DNA from: Epiperipatus broadwayi | Lineage: Eukaryota; Animalia; Onychophora | Reading direction: 5' to 3' | DNA: 64,000 bases | NCBI GenBank assembly: GCA_028023455.1 | Contig: JAQFVV010000008.1 | Location: 12,338,001 to 12,402,000, forward strand | Shown here: piece after piece, positions 40,828 through 52,900 of the stretch | How the letters are laid out: every line of letters begins with the position of its first letter | Position numbering within the stretch: position 1 is the stretch's first letter | Made by a program: the position numbers and the translations under genes | The notes under the pieces: model-generated | Told to the model about the DNA's origin: nothing | Database searches by the model: none | Seen by the model: the letters and a program-made list of their open reading frames with translations, nothing else

Positions 40828-41243
40828 AATTTGGTTTGAAAAAGCCGATATGAATGTGATTACAATTGTATACAGACGCTATAAAAAATAAATGCTGATT
40901 TATATATATGATTAATTTCAGTTGGAATGACGTTCAGTAAATTCTAGTAAATTTCATCGGCGTCATTCATTCATAAGTTATATATAGTAATTCAAAGTGA
41001 CTGTTCTATAGTCACACCTTCTGTGCCAGTACTTCAGATTTGCTCATATATATATTTGAGTCATAGTAATAAGAGGATTCCTTTTATTGCTGCATAAATT
41101 CTATATCTTGTATGGGTCAGAGGGTATTCATTTATTATTTAACACTCGCAAAAAGCATTTGCACAATTTGGTTTGAAAAAGCCGATATGAATGTGATTAC
41201 AATTGTATACAGACGCTATAAAAAAAATAAATGCTGATTTATA
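40828..41243 (+). repeat. Pair of ~76-bp direct repeats enclosing ~260 bp
   Basis: aatttggtttgaaaaagccgatatgaatgtgattacaattgtatacagacgctat(a)n..taaatgctgatttata at 40828 and 41165; differ only in A-run length. Confidence 0.9.
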
Positions 41244-41437
41244 AATTTATCTTTGTATAATATCTGATATACAATACTTATTGTTAAATATTCATTTTTT
41301 TTCATCGGAAAGCATATTTCTATCAGATGCTTGAATGGAATGGAAAAAATGGTCAATTAGCAAAAATGAAAGTCACTAGCATATCTAATTTTCAATGTTT
41401 TAGAGAGAAGAATTTTTTTCTGATAAATCATGTTATA

Positions 41438-42285
41438 CACCTGGGTCTCATTTTATGCAGTAGATAAGTTCCTCAGAAAATGTGCACAAAAGAAATTGCA
41501 CAAAAATAGACTTAACTTACTTTGAAAAATGGGGGATATGTTCCAGTAATTTTCAGAAATCATATAAAAGCAAAGCAACAAGGAAAAATTACTTTAAAAT
41601 TCACATTAAAAAAACAAAGAAATAAAGTATGACTAATAAAAAATTTCAAATATTTGGGAAAAATTAATACAAGACAAACTTTTTTTATTAACTACAGTAT
41701 TTAATTTTACATTTTTTCATACATATTTTAATCATTACCGCTATTTGACAATATGCATTCATTTGTGAACTGATAAGAAATCAGATTCGTGATGTGATGT
41801 ACAATTAGCACCACTTTTAGTCTTGTGCTGTTTTAATGGTTTTCTATTTCTGAATTAAAAAATGAGATCGCAATCAAAACAAAAAGATTATACATTATCA
41901 TTAGAAAAATTATTTTCAGTTAAAAAAAATCAATAAAATCTTGGTTATTTATTTTAACAATCTAAAAAATTATTTTTCTGTTATATCTAACAAAATACGT
42001 TTTAAAAGTTTAAATTTTTTGAATATTTATTGTGATATTTTTATACATAAGTATAATCTATTATTATTATTTACTCATTAGTATAAGTAGGTTATTTACA
42101 TAGAAGCTAAGATTCTAAATACAGCTTCAGGCTATATTCACATTAACTGCTAATATAACGCTATATTTTTGGAAAAAAAAGTATTTTAAGTCAAAATAAG
42201 TTATTAATAAAGATATTAAGAAGAAATATGAATCGCATAACTTCAAAATCACATTAAAATAATCGCATAAAACGAGACCCAGGTG
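41438..42285. mobile_element. Tc1/mariner-superfamily (pogo/Tigger-like) MITE, 848 bp
   Basis: TIR CACCTGGGTCTC(A/G)TTTTATGC at both ends; TA on both flanks. Confidence 0.75.
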
Positions 42286-44999
42286 TATATCTTTTTTTTT
42301 TAAGAATTTGAAAAGTAATATATTGAACTGGTCTATAAAAATATGACTTTAAAATTTAATTCAAAATGTAGAATTTGTGAATCTATGTAAAAATAAACAT
42401 TTTTAAGTATTAAAAATCTTTTTTAAATACTTGTAAGATAATGACTACTTTTTGTTTTATTAGATTCCTTGATAATTACTCTTTTGAAATATATATTATT
42501 TTACATTAAATGTGTTCAAACTGAAGATATTGTACGAATTATGTCTACATTATTTTTTAATAAAAATTCAATATGGCAACCTGGATTTCTATAAGTTGTT
42601 AAAACTATATCTTAAACAATAGTCTAAAAATATAAACTTTCTGGGAATTATTATATTATAATGATTCCAGTTTTTTTAGTATTGGACAAGCCATAATAGT
42701 CAACTACATCCTGGATGAAAATCAATAAAAGGATCTAAGGACTTATTAAAAATCCTTTTAGTCTATATTATGTATTAAGTAAACATTTGGGCCAAACTAA
42801 CAATATGTAATTAATTCATTAAATTGTAAAATAAATTACCTTTATATGCTTTATATTCCTCAAGTAATAATATGTTGATTTCAAACTATTTTGCTCTAGT
42901 TGAGTATCTGTTCAGATTTTTATTTAAAACCATGCTTGTGATTCACTTGGGAAATCTGAACATAGTAATTACTAATTTCCAAACCATCTGGTATATAAAT
43001 GTTAAGCCATCTTTTTTGTTCAAATGCTAATCCTCATGATTTATTAAAATCATTTTAATTACTCAAATTATTTTAGTTTTATTATATAATTTATAACCTA
43101 TTGGTGGCATTGTATCAATTTTTAAAATCTGAATACGGTATATAACCAAAGCAATAGTATTACAAACAACAGAATATTCGGGATAAGGATAATGTTTATT
43201 AACAATATAATTGCAAGTTAATTAAATAAATGCACGTATAAATAGTTTTTTAATATATTGTTACATGGATTTAAATAAGTTAAAAGATTAAATATCAATT
43301 GTGTGAAAATAATTTGAATAAAATTATTATAAAAATGCATTGCTAGACAATAAACAATATATTAGGGGGAGGGGACAATTTTTTATAATAGGGATGAATG
43401 AATATTAATGATACATGAAATGTGTAACTTTAATGCAATAATAAAAAGAGTATATAAACTTGCATTTTATATTGAAGAGATTTAAATATCTTTGTGTTAA
43501 TAAGCAAGTTTAAATGATTTTAAATATTAAAATATTTATCAAGTATACATATACATTCTGAATACTAAAGAATTGAAAGTGTTATGATTATAATATTGTT
43601 ATATATCGAAAACATGCTAAGCATGAAGAAAAGCTAAATTTATAATATATAGACTGACTACCTTTTCTGTATAAATGTCCAGAACATTTACGTGGATATT
43701 ATAATTATCGTTTTATATAAAATGTTTATAATGACTTTATTAAAATAATTTTATAAATATAATTTACTAATTATCAAACATTCATATTTTTAAAGTTTGT
43801 AACAATCTTTATTTTATTACTTCAAAACAAAAAAAAAAAAAACGACAAAGAAAAACTAGCGGAAATACTTATTAAAATAATTTATATATTGAAACAGAAA
43901 ATAATTTATAATACTGTATATATTTTTAATACATCATTTCACTCATAATGTTGACATAATTTATAATTTAGACAATAATTAAATTACTTAAGGCATGCTA
44001 TTTAAAATGACTTTGTCATAAAAAAAAACATGAAATTTTTTTAAAAAAGAAGATATTCTCATCTTATTATGTTAAGATGAATTTGAAAGCTAAGTTAGTT
44101 AGTTAAATGTAATTAATACCTTCTAAGTGATGTTGTTTAATTGGCTGTGCTTTGTTTATTTCTACTTAAGAATGCAATTCCCGAAAACATGTTTTGTTGG
44201 TAAATAAAATAAGTCTCTACAAATACGATCCCGAAAAGTAATTTGTTGTTATATAAGTCACATTTATAAAGATAATTCCCAAGAATAATATATATATTTT
44301 CCTATAAGTTTCATAACTTTTTATACTGTTTACCTGCAGAAAAAAAGAAGTTATCATGTTGGAAATTCTGGTTCCTACTATGAGAATCCTTAATCCTTCT
44401 ATTGCATCTTTTATTTCTCTTAAAAATAAAATATAAAGTAAGGTTGATAAAGTAAATCACTATTTTCAACCATAATTTTCGTTTAACCTCTACTGTCTTT
44501 ATATTCCCAAAGCTACTTTTTAATAAAATATATTTTAATAACCTGATTTATTCTCATATTTTCAAACTTAATCTATAACCTATTTTTATCTACTTTATCA
44601 AAAGCTTTTTTATATATTAAGAATAATTGTTTGTTCTTCTTGTACATCATTTCAATCAACTAAGAAACAAGCATTTTAACATAATTACAAATATTTTCTA
44701 ATTGTATTTTTTTATTTTCAATGATTTTTAATTTACTAATGAACTGTTCTGATTTGCTGCATCACTTCTTAGAGATTTCTTTTCATAACTTACCTTTTAG
44801 AGTAAAGACTTTAATTTGTATTCAATATTGCAGGCAGTTGCCCGGGTTGCGTCCTGGCCGATGCTATGACACTTAAAAAAAAAATATTGTTTTAAGATTA
44901 CACTTCTAATATTTTTATCCAGATTAATCTCAAATATCCAATTCTTAATTTATTCTGAACAAAATTTTTTGACTATCATTCTTAGTTTAATTCTGATCT

Positions 45000-46650
45000 G
45001 CATGATTTAGTAGCAGTAGTCACAGACTCCAAAGTTCAACCTCAGGAACTATAATCCAGCTCTATCACTTCCAGTAGTCAACCTTATGATCTTCTGGGTA
45101 ATCAACTATTTAATTAATAATAATAATAATAAAATTATCTTTTCTCTATCATTTTATATAGTATTGCATTTTTTTCTTCAAAATAGTACTTTTCCCCAAT
45201 CCAATTCTAAACTTATATGCAAATATTTAAGATATTATTGCTTCTGGTTCATGGTTAATAATTTAAATCTCCACACTCCCTCATACACTAATTTAATTCT
45301 CAAAGTTTCTTTTTTTTTAGTTTTTCCTTAAACAAACCTAACTACATAATAACCCAATTAATTTTAACTGACAAACCAACTACTGATGCTAATCCTTAAT
45401 TATCCAAATTTTTTATCACAAACTCATATTTTGTTATAGTTTTTATCTATTCTCACATCTCTTCTGTATTTAATGATATATACTAATTTTTCTTTGTTAA
45501 TTTATTTAGTTAACTTGCTATTAAATTGATTTCCTTTTGGTCTTTGTCTATTTTTTTTTTTTCCTAAATAACTTCTTCCTCCCATAGTTTTTACTCACAA
45601 TATGCTTTATATTTTTGGAATTATATGTTGATCATATTATTTCTAAGTAAACATTTGCTAACTTACTTATAAAATTCCATTCATCATAACTTTTAAATTT
45701 AGCATTTTAAAATTCTTTTTATGATATTACTAAACATGCTTATTTTCATGCCTTATGTCCCATCCAAGCATATTAATTCTATAAAGTTCTGTATCTAATC
45801 TTTCTTGATCATCAAAAAATTTAATATCTTTTCTTTTTTTAAGTTCAAATTTTACTTTGACTATGTGAATTCTTTATCATATATATTAAGATTTCCAATT
45901 TTTATTCAACTTTTTCCACAAATCCTTTTTAATAATATCAATATTCTCCACTCCAACAATTTCATTATTGTCTATTCACATAATCTACAATCAATATTTT
46001 AAAATTAGCTCATCTATATCTCTTTGAAATCATTCAGGAAAAGTCATTTCATTTTTTATGCTATTTCCAGTAATTGATATTCACTTCTTGTCATTTATTT
46101 TTAATTTTATCCACATGCTCCAAACAATTATTTTTAAAATATCCGTTTTAATACTGTCATTCTACTATCTAAAATTCATTTTTAGAAGCAAAATATCCTA
46201 TTAATACATATCTATTTTCACCACTTTTAATCATAAGAGTGGCATATTTAATCCCCCGCCCTATCTAAAAATCTCCAATTTTCTCTACTAACTCATATCT
46301 CTATTCTTTAATATATTTGGAAAAATCTGATATTAATAAGTATCTCCTCTCCTTTTAATTTCATAACTATTAAAAATTTGTTATGAATTGAATCAATATT
46401 TTCTCATCTCTTTAATAAATATATTTAATAATTATTAAATGAATTATTTCTAAAAAAAAAAAATCCAAATAATTAAAAAGTTTACATCAATTCCTCATAT
46501 AAACACGTCAATCCAATAAATTTTATTCAAGTTTATTTCATTATTCAACTTTGTTATCAATCCTATCTACTTATTCATCTTCTTAACATTCACGATCCAT
46601 TCTTTAAAATGACATTATTTCTATTTATTTTATTTAAATCTTTAATATCT
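45000..46650 (-). mobile_element. Probable very decayed LINE endonuclease/linker remnant
   Basis: Strong strand skew like the 1-2.2 kb LINE and K/E/I-rich minus-strand stretches; motifs poorly preserved. Confidence 0.35.
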
Positions 46651-47009
46651 ACACTTTAATGATACAAATGAAAACATCTCTATTAGCTTATTATTTAATT
46701 AATATATATTGTTTAATAGACAAGTTCCAAATTCTAAACTATGACAATATAATGCTTTCATCAGTCGTCTCAAACAAGCAGATTTCATTTTTTACTAATG
46801 CACATTATGATGTCTTCATATTTAGCAAGTATATATTCATACATATTAATTTTTATATTTTTTAAATAATGTGTTATTTTATAAAATTCAATTATTAATT
46901 TGCAGAGCCGCTGCATCAGATTGTGCAGGGAACAAAGACATTTCACGGTGGCACCAAGAAAGTAAAATTTATATGCAAATGACATTTCGAATCACTTTGT
47001 TAAAAATGC

Positions 47010-47345
47010 ATTTAGAGTGTAAATATTTTTTATTTAAATATGAGAGAAATACTTCTTTACTTAGAATTATTGTGACGATTGCCTAAACTTCCAATTCAAA
47101 ATTCCACTAAACTGAATAGACCAACACCATTTTGTCATGATAATTAATAACTTATATGTAAATGTTTAGATTTCTGAATCAATTTATTGTTAGAAACATG
47201 TTCTGATTGTAAATATTTATTTAAATATAAAAGGAATACTTCTTTACTTAGACTGGTTGTGACAATTGCTTGAGTCTTGAAATATTCTACATATATTGAC
47301 ACCCTTTTGTCGCTATAATTAATAAAATTTATATGTAAATAAAAA
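47010..47345 (+). repeat. Old ~190-bp tandem duplication
   Basis: gtaaatatt..atttaaatat..aatacttctttacttaga..ttgtgac.attgc..caccm.ttttgtc..ataattaataa..ttatatgtaaat occurs at ~47010 and ~47210. Confidence 0.75.
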
Positions 47346-48349
47346 TGTTATTTAAATATCATAATTTATCACATTACTATCAATAATTTCTTTAAAAATA
47401 AAATTTACTTTAAAAATATTGCCTCAATTTCAATAATTCTTCATGTGATGAAATTATATTTATCAATATTTTACAAAGCTCATGTCTTATTTAGTTTAGA
47501 GTAGTGGTAGAGTGACAAGACTTTGTAATGTGAGATCCTAGAATCAATTCTGCTACTGTCCATACAAAATATTTTTCTTTTTTATTATTATACCATATTA
47601 TCTTTTTACACATTTTATTAAATAGCTTTTCCTACTTTTAATAACAATATTACCTTTTGTTTTAATGCCATATTATATTTTTACACATTTTGCTAAACAG
47701 CTTTTCCTTGGATGTGGACTTGGGTTTGTTTTCTAGCTAAAACTCATAATTTATCATAATTCACACTACAGTGCAAATCTAAAGAAAATAGAATAAGTAA
47801 AAAGCAATATTTAAAGATACTATTGCATGTCAAAATATTTAATTCTTAACAAATTTTATATTTAATGAAATTTTTTTGATTGTAATAAAATCCCTACATG
47901 ATTGCACTATTGTCAAAATGTCTAAAAAATGCATCTAGTGAAACAAACTGATTTTTTAAAATAGTTATCCAACATAACCTATGAATAAACAAAATAGTGC
48001 TTTAATGGCTTCAAAAAATTGATCAAGTAAACAATCTAAGTATGAAAATTAAAAATTTCTTTCTTCAAATAAATTCTGGCTGAATCCCTGTCAAATCACA
48101 TAATTAAGTATAATATAAATGAAACAAGAGAAGCTATTTTTGTTAATAGAAAATGTAAACAAATTATGTGAGAGGTTTTAAATTAAAACTAATGGTTTTT
48201 AAAACAAACTGAAATGAAAAAGTTATATCGGCCATGTTATTTAGAGTTGACCTAGTTTGATGATCCTAATGAAATATAAGTCATAGCAATAAACAATATA
48301 TAAAAATGTAAAATATCAGACTATATGTATAATAAATTGTAGTTATTAA

Positions 48350-48710
48350 TAGTGGAATGACATGCACATAAAAATTAAATAAATACTCAAAGAAGTATGG
48401 AGAGATGCATGTTAAGAGTAACAAGAAGAGATTGAAAACACAATATATGGGTATGAGAGCAAACAGGTGTTACTGACCTCATTGAAAAGATTAAAAAGAC
48501 TGAAGTGGAGTTGGGCTGGACATATTGCTAGAAGAGATAATAGATGAACAATTGAAATCTTAAACTGGATTCCAAGAGATTGTCATGAGATGGATGGATG
48601 AAATAAGAAAGTTTGCAGGAGTGATGTGGAGAAGAGTAGCTAAAGATCAGAGATGGATTGAACTTGGAGACACCTTCATCCTGCAGTGGATAATGGTTGA
48701 TGATTTTATT
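48350..48710 (+). mobile_element. 3' end of an RTE-clade LINE
   Basis: IEKIKRLKWSWAGHIARRDNR*TIEILNW...RWMDEIRKFAGVMWRRVAKD..W..L..TFILQW, the typical RTE C-terminus. Confidence 0.85.
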
Positions 48711-48891
48711 ATTGAAGGAATATAACTTTTTAATAGAAAACATGAATAAGTTTATGGATAAAAGATGCTTAATGGGTTTTCAAGCAAATACAAACTTTTT
48801 AATGAATTGTTGACTTGCTGATTAAAGTTGATATAATATTGGTAAAAAAAGTGTGAGTTGTATTAGCTTTCCAACTATTATACTTCAGAAA

Positions 48892-49105
48892 CATGACCCA
48901 CCACTCTCCACACTATCTCATAACACTGATACACTTGAACACATATGTTGAAAAGATAAATAATTTATCTTTTCAACATATATGTGTTCAAGTGTATCAG
49001 TGTTATGAGATAGTGTAGAGTGGTGGGTCATGTGAAAGTCTGTGCTCATATACCCTATATATTACATACATAGACACAGGTATATGATAAGCTTGTGTGT
49101 TTCAG
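48892..49105. mobile_element. Short insertion of the hammerhead-family 3' tail with a near-perfect 143-bp palindrome, flanked by a 14-bp direct repeat
   Basis: TTATACTTCAGAAA at 48878-48891 and 49106-49119; arms 48891-48961 and 48963-49033; 48963-49085 aligns to the family tail (cf. 62571-62690). Confidence 0.8.
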
Positions 49106-50249
49106 TTATACTTCAGAAAGAATAATGGAGATAAAGTGGACTCTCTTTTTTCTCCTTACTATGTGGGAAGAACTCAGAGGTGAAGCATTCCAGAGAATCA
49201 TACCCTGGCTGTAGATATTTTTAACAAACAAGTAAGAAAGCTAAAAGTAGAATTACTTATATAATATTAGAGCTATCCCGAAAAGGTGAGGGGGGCAGTG
49301 CAATGTTTTCATAGGTGTGTATGTGGTGGGTTCTTTTAGATATAATAAAAGCACCTATTTATTTGCAGATATTTCCTATCTCTACCAGAAATTTCACAGA
49401 ATAATTAAAAAAATAATATGAAAACTTTTGGAAAAAAAAATTAAAAATTCAATAAATCCTTACTTATGTTATTTAAAATATTTTTATTTCAAGGTATTAT
49501 TTAATTATTGTTCAAAAATTATTTTTCTAAACATTAATTTATTTTAATGTGCTTTAATCTCCAGGTTTATTTTATAAAAATGAATGAATAAAACACAAGA
49601 TCTTTTCCAAACACATTAAATGACTAAAGCTGTATTTTCAAATTTTTTTGTGAAAGCACGGGGGGGGGGTGTTTTTAATTTACAAATTTTATTTCATAGA
49701 ATGGGGAGGGGTGCATTAAAATTTACTTTGCACAAAGGCGTTTCTTACCCAGCGGTTAATTTGTTGCTGTTACACAATTAATAAGCATAAAGAGTAAATT
49801 CTAATCAAGTAGATATTTAAATAATCTTTTTATATTTAAACAACATTAATTGAACTAAATATGGGCACAACACAGTTATACAATTAATATATTAAAGAGC
49901 TATATATTCTAGTATTATAGATGATCATTTAAGTGCTTTCATTAGCTAATTATTTAACTGAGATATATAAACATAAAGTACTTACATTTGTGAATTATGA
50001 CACACAAGCTCACGGGATCAGTTTCAAGAGTACTCTCTTCATCAGTTATAACAATTCTGATATTGTATTTAGCTTAATCTGTTTTTAAATTATTTTATTT
50101 TTCTAATATATACTGTATATTTAAAAATCTATTTAAAGAAAACCTTAATTTATGTAGAAAGAAACAGAATGCTGAAAATGGGCAGTTTCCTTGATACTAA
50201 TATCATTAGATTTTGTTTTAATAACATTTATGAGCAAGCATAAGAAATG

Positions 50250-50880
50250 GTGATGTTTAGATTTTATGTATATAAAACCTTTTTAATCAAAAATAATGTT
50301 TTAATATTTAAATTTATTTTTATTCAAATATTAATTTCTTTCATAAAAAAAGTTCCCCTCATTTCTTATTGGAAAACCTCATTTACTGCCCACAATTTAC
50401 CTCTCAATGTATATCTATCTATTACTTCATTTTGTATTCTTTCTTTATTTCTGACCAATACAAAGCAGTTATTTTCAAATGCTAATGCAGACACTAACTC
50501 TTTTACAAATTATCCTACAATCCTCACCATAATATAAAAAAAAAACAGTACATTTTTAATCCTATTCATTTTTTTTTCTTTTTAATTTTATTTTTCAATT
50601 ATCTATATAATTCCCTTTTCCATTTAAATAATAGATTGCCTATATACCTATATTCTTCAATTTTTGTTTTACCTTTCCCATTAAAACTAGGATTTTTTTT
50701 TTTCACTTAATTTAAATTTCATATTTCTTTCTATAAATCCATCTTTTTCTAATAACAACTCTGCATTTTATATTTATTGCAAAAATGTCATATCATATAT
50801 GTAAAAACATATTCTCATGGGTCCAAATATAAAAATCCTAATCTCCATCTCTATTTTTTCTCTCAATTTCTAAACACAAA
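50250..50880 (-). mobile_element. Decayed non-LTR RT fragment
   Basis: Minus strand EEYRYIG-like motif (~50620-50640) preceded by a YxDD-position remnant; many stops. Confidence 0.4.
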
Positions 50881-51169
50881 ATAAGTGATGCAAGTAAAGT
50901 TTGGAGAAGTAATGATTTAAAACATTAAAAATAAATAAATAATGCATGATTTAATTACATAAATTTAAATTCTGAAAGGTTTAATTGAATAATTTAATTA
51001 ATTTATATATATACAATTATAAAGATAAAAATTAATACAAAATTATATAAATGTTAAAAAATACTATATTATAAATATTAATAAAATAGTAACTTAATTT
51101 TAAGATAAATAAGAATATTTGTACATATGTAATTAAAATATAAATTATGTATATTTAGAAATAATTATC

Positions 51170-51480
51170 ATAAATAAGGACTAAATCCTCTGAGCATGCA
51201 CTTTAATAATCTCTGTGCACTCTCCTATATAAGCAGTCTTCGCTCATCAAGCTTAAATCAGGGATTCAATCTATTGGGTGCCTGATTTATTAATTATCAA
51301 AACAAACCTATTTGATCTATCCCAGGAGATATAATCTCATATTTAATCACCTTCAATGAAATACAAAGTAAATTTTGAATTTACTGTAATATTCTATTAT
51401 TTACATAGCACACATATGTAATATTATAAATAAGGACAGAGATTATTAAAACGCATGCTCAGAATTAATCCTTACTTATA
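51170..51480. mobile_element. MITE-like element with ~50-bp imperfect terminal inverted repeats
   Basis: taagga.taa.t..ctgagcatgc..tttaataatctctgt at ~51175-51225 is the reverse complement of ~51430-51478; TSD unresolved. Confidence 0.6.
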
Positions 51481-51540
51481 ATATTATCAAAACTACCCCA
51501 AATCTAAAATTAAACCAGACCAGCATAAAAATAATATTAA

Positions 51541-52900
51541 AACACAACCTAAGGTTTCACTGCTACAAGCAGACTTCTCAAGTGTAAAGAACTACAAAAA
51601 AAAAACCACACATTATATATACTATTAAAAACTACCCACAAATCCATTCACTTCCCATCCACCCTTAATATTAAAAGAACTCTTAAATAAGTTAATTGCT
51701 TCAGAATAATAAATTTTCAATAATAAAGACTCTTTAATTCTTCTTTTGATCTCATTTCTCTCAAAGAAGACAACCTTAGCTTCATCAAAATCAATAGTGT
51801 GGCCTGTATCTTTTTCATGGACATACAAAGCAGAACTAAGATATCTATTTTTAACTCTACTTTTATGAACCTTTATTCTTTCATTTAAACACAAACTACT
51901 CTGACCTATGTAAACCTTCTTACAAAATAAACAAGGAATAAAATATACCACACCAGGAATAGTCTTTCTATCAAAAACTTCTTTTGTATTATTTAATAAA
52001 TTATTCAATGTAACACCCCTTTTCCAAGCAATTTTCTTATTTCCAAACAATTTACTATTTCTACACACAATTTTATAAGAAGACAATTTAAATGGCAAAG
52101 AAATAAAATCATATTTTTCTTTAACCTTTACATCCTTACAAATATTACTATTAAATAAAATACTTTTAACAAATTTATCAGAGTATCCAACACTCAAATA
52201 ATCTTTATAAAATTGATATTTCTGAAACAAAGCTACCCCACTAGAATTATTTAATTTAATATTCCTATGACAATAAATCCTTAAAGCAGCTACTTTATGA
52301 GATACAGACTGATAGCTATCAGGAATAATTATAGATCTTAATTCTTTACTTTTAACTAAATGACTGCACAATAAACAATTAGTTTCTATATTTCTAATCA
52401 CCAAAAGATCTAAAAATTTTAACTTACCAAAATCTAACCCCCCTCCTTCTAACACAAATTTTATAGAAGGATCAAAACAATTAAACTCATTTACAAATTC
52501 CTTCAATTTATCATTCTCAACTACAAATAAACAATCATCAACATATCTGACAAATAATTTTACATATAAACAATTCTTTTTAATAATAATTTCCTCTTCC
52601 ATAAAACTAATATAAACTGAACATACTAAAGGAGAAATAATATAACCTATTATCCACCCTTCCTTAATCTTATAAAAATTACCTCTATAAGTAAAATACA
52701 TAGAATCTTCCAATAACAAAAGCAAATCTTTAATTACCTTAATTTTATTTTTTGATAAAGAACTTTTCTTAATCAATACAGACAAAAGAACATCAATACT
52801 GCTTAACCTATTAACAGACTGATACATATTTTCAATATCTAAACTTCCAAATACCCAATTATTTTCCATTTTAAAATTATTAATCTTATCAAAAGCCTCA
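51541..52900 (-). mobile_element. 5'-truncated Penelope-like element (RT + GIY-YIG) with a degenerate hammerhead in its 3' tail
   Basis: ORF 51625-52869 plus downstream hammerhead-like fold at 51541-51586. Confidence 0.9.
51625..52869 (-). CDS. Penelope-type reverse transcriptase/GIY-YIG endonuclease, N-terminally truncated 414-aa open frame
   Basis: LDIENMYQSV, ISPLVCSVY, FVRYVDD, LKFLDL, GVVYFIPCLFCKKVYIGQS...ERIKVH, RRIKESLLL. Confidence 0.9.
   Translation of the reverse strand: MENNWVFGSLDIENMYQSVNRLSSIDVLLSVLIKKSSLSKNKIKVIKDLLLLLEDSMYFTYRGNFYKIKEGWIIGYIISPLVCSVYISFMEEEIIIKKNCLYVKLFVRYVDDCLFVVENDKLKEFVNEFNCFDPSIKFVLEGGGLDFGKLKFLDLLVIRNIETNCLLCSHLVKSKELRSIIIPDSYQSVSHKVAALRIYCHRNIKLNNSSGVALFQKYQFYKDYLSVGYSDKFVKSILFNSNICKDVKVKEKYDFISLPFKLSSYKIVCRNSKLFGNKKIAWKRGVTLNNLLNNTKEVFDRKTIPGVVYFIPCLFCKKVYIGQSSLCLNERIKVHKSRVKNRYLSSALYVHEKDTGHTIDFDEAKVVFFERNEIKRRIKESLLLKIYYSEAINLFKSSFNIKGGWEVNGFVGSF

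Noticed and set aside
44170-44870. ttcccgaaaa repeats and a Helitron-like gcagttgcccgg motif
   Set aside because: Too short to define an element; no paired terminus.
47490-47560. tRNA-like A/B-box remnant
   Set aside because: No cloverleaf and degenerate boxes; at most a decayed SINE head, not a tRNA gene.
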